From Octopus bimaculoides (lineage: Eukaryota): DNA of 39,631 bases. The notes beneath the pieces were generated by a model, which was not told the DNA's origin, ran no database searches, and was given only the letters and a program-made list of their open reading frames with translations. Shown piece after piece: positions 37,290-39,631 of the stretch (its first letter is position 1; each line of letters opens with the position of its first letter). A program made the translations under genes and the position numbers. The stretch spans positions 40,276,259 through 40,315,889 of the forward strand of contig NC_068981.1 in assembly GCF_001194135.2 (NCBI RefSeq). The letters are read 5' to 3'.

Positions 37290-37800
37290 CTAGATTCTGT
37301 TGAGTACCTTCACAACTGTGTCTCCGAAAGTCACTTGAGGATTGAGAAGTCTGAGAATTGAGTTTGAGACGCTGGTAAAACGAATTTAGTGAAACAGGGA
37401 CACAATATAGTCCACCATACTTGCGTCATCACATCCTTGCTATATTCATCTGGAGCATGGACACATCTCGAACACACACTCAAGAGATTTCATCAGATGT
37501 TTTTAAGGTGTTAGAAACTTCTTAAACTTGACACAGAAACGCTAGGGAAAACGGGCTGTCTCAGAATGAAACGTCACCTCATCAAGTACCATATGCGATA
37601 GGAGGGTCAGGTCACCCGCCTAAACGAGTATAGGCTTCCTAACTGATTAATTTAAAAGGAATTAGTTCTCGGTAAGCGTTCCAAGCTCAAACCAAACACG
37701 AGATTTTGTGGCATCACATAAACAGCCTTAACTCTTTGAACATCAGCACTCTTCATTAGGAACATTTTGCACTAAACTGATCTGAAAAGCGGTCTATAAT
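37290..37800 (+). mobile_element. RTE-clade (BovB-like) LINE, post-RT remnant
   Basis: TCVITSLLYSSGAWT...RFHQMFLR; MR*EGQVTRLNEYRLPN*LI*KELVLGKRS (cf. LRWAGHV.RM...RLPKQLLYGEL..GKR). Confidence 0.7.
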
Positions 37801-38781
37801 TTAGGATAATTAAGAATAATAATCTTCAAATTGATACAGTTGACTTACTCATCACATAGTGAAGCGTAATGCCCGAAAACTGCAAGATGTTGAAATCCTG
37901 CGTGGTAGAGAGTTCACAGGTAATCTCACCTACGCAGTCTCGGTGACCGCATCAGCCTTTCAAATAATGCACTTGTCATCTATGAGAGATTATCTGTCAG
38001 AAGGTCAACACAGCGTGCTTATATGCATAGCATACAGCTCCAACTGTATCAACGTTGCTCATGTAATAGCTGGGATTGAAAGTCCACTTTCGACAAATGC
38101 ACAAGCGCAGAGCTGTTGTAGGTGTGTTTTTTTGGCAATATTATGAGCTTTATTTGTCAGAAAACAAAATTTAAAGCAAAACCAGGGCTAGACAGTCACC
38201 TGAAGGTTGATAGTAGTAGAAATGCTATCCAACCTGTTATAGGCATATGTCAGGATATGTCAGTAACGAGAAAGTGGTCATTCACGATATGCATATACGT
38301 TCACACATATATATATATATATATATANNNNNNNNNNCACACACATAACTCACAAAACATATGCGCAAACACATGGGTGTGTTACTAAATTTTTGCGTGA
38401 ATGGGCGTATACGGATATCAGTGTGTGCATGTGTGACTCTGTGTGAGTGTGTACGCTTTTGTGTATGTGTGCGTGTGTGTGTATTGCGATATTTTGCTTT
38501 TAAGTGTGTTGTATACAGTAGAATGAGCATCCGCCAGAAAAACAGCGTGAAACATGCGTTAAGATTTAAAAGTAGAATTACTAAATATAAATAAAATCAC
38601 TAAACACACACATACGTAAATATCCATGCGTGCTTGTGAATATATATACGCGCGCGCAAACACGCACACACACACACACACACACGCGCACACACACATA
38701 CATATATATATATATATACTTGTGTATGTACGTAGATAAGCATGTAGGTATGTATGTGTGTATGTATATATATATAATTTG

Positions 38782-39015
38782 AGCGTGGAAGGTGTTTATA
38801 AGCCATTTAAAAACACACAAAAACCGTTAGATTCGCTTCAACGTTTTCGTTGCTTTGAAACCGCGACCTGTTCACGGAATTTTGTCAGTGAACATGTCGG
38901 GGTTTCAAATCGACGAAAATACTTTGACAAATTAAATTTAAACGTTGAAGTGAATCTAACAGTTTTTGTGTGTTCTTTAAATGGCTTATAAACACCTTCC
39001 ACGCTGCAATTGTTT
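38782..39015. mobile_element. Fold-back (palindromic) non-coding element, HHR family 2
   Basis: Inverted arms 38782-38845 and 38941-39005; inner inverted HHR halves 38845-38875 and 38888-38918. Confidence 0.85.
38881..38931 (+). ncRNA. Minimal type-I hammerhead-like motif with reciprocal G3-C8 core
   Basis: TTTGTCA | GTGAACA | T | GTCG-11nt-CGAC | GAAA-ATAC-T-T | TGACAAA; stem I is 7 perfect bp. Confidence 0.65.
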
Positions 39016-39085
39016 TGGTTTTAAAATAACAATCTCAGATCAGGTGACTAGCTATGCAAGTACATCTCTGTAATGTATATATTTA

Positions 39086-39217
39086 GGCGCAAGAGTGGCT
39101 GTGTGGTTCCGGGTTCAGGCCCACTGTGTGGCATCTAGGGCAAATGTCTTCTACTTTAGCCTCGGACCGACCAAAGCCTAGTGAGTGAATTCGGTAGACA
39201 GAAACTGAAAGAAGCCC

Positions 39218-39256
<39 letters not shown>

Positions 39257-39515
39257 ATGTCTGTGTCTGTGCCTCTGTCTGTGTGTGTGTGTGTGTGTGT
39301 ATGTCTGTGTTTGTACCCTAGCATCGCATGACAGCCGATGTCGGAATGTTTACGTTACCATAACCTAGCGGTTCGGCAATGGGGTTCCGATAGAATAAGT
39401 ACTAGGCTAACAAAGAATAAGTCCTGGGGTCGATTTGTTCGACAAAAGGCGGTGCTCCAGCATGGCCGCAATCATATGACTGAGACAAGTAAAAGAATGA
39501 AAGAATAAATAAAAG
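39086..39515 (+). mobile_element. SINE family 1, full length, internal (TG)n
   Basis: Collinear with 4091-4595. Confidence 0.9.
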
Positions 39516-39631
39516 AAAATGCAGAGACATACAGACAGACTGACAGGCAGACAGGCAAACAAACATCTCATTCTAAACTCTTCGAACGCAAGATGTATTG
39601 AGAACTTTACGTTTCTGCACCACAAATAAAC

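Overview
Eukaryotic, AT-rich, repeat-saturated DNA with N-gaps that mostly abut microsatellites. The SINE and LINE families match what I recall from octopod cephalopods (Octopus-like); this is recall, not a search. I found no supportable host protein-coding gene, rRNA, true tRNA or CRISPR array. The window is a transposon graveyard: R4/Dong-type REL-endonuclease LINEs (two families, at least 6 fragments), one L1/Tx1-type LINE, an RTE remnant, very old Penelope-like (PLE) remnants, Tc1, mariner and maT (DD37D-like) DNA transposons, at least 4 SINE-like families and dense microsatellites. The most interesting signal is a set of short non-coding elements from three unrelated sequence families. 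Each folds as a minimal type-I hammerhead ribozyme (HHR) with one extra base after A9 and a loop-less palindromic stem III, which implies dimer cleavage. Family 1 has a canonical CUGAUGA core in a TSD-flanked, head-to-head inverted cassette (23593-24024). Family 2 has a reciprocal G3-C8 core, GUGAACA (38.8-39.0 kb and 17.8-18.0 kb). Family 3 has an A6U core, CUGUCGA (16.56 kb). All folds and translations were done by hand and need computational and biochemical confirmation.
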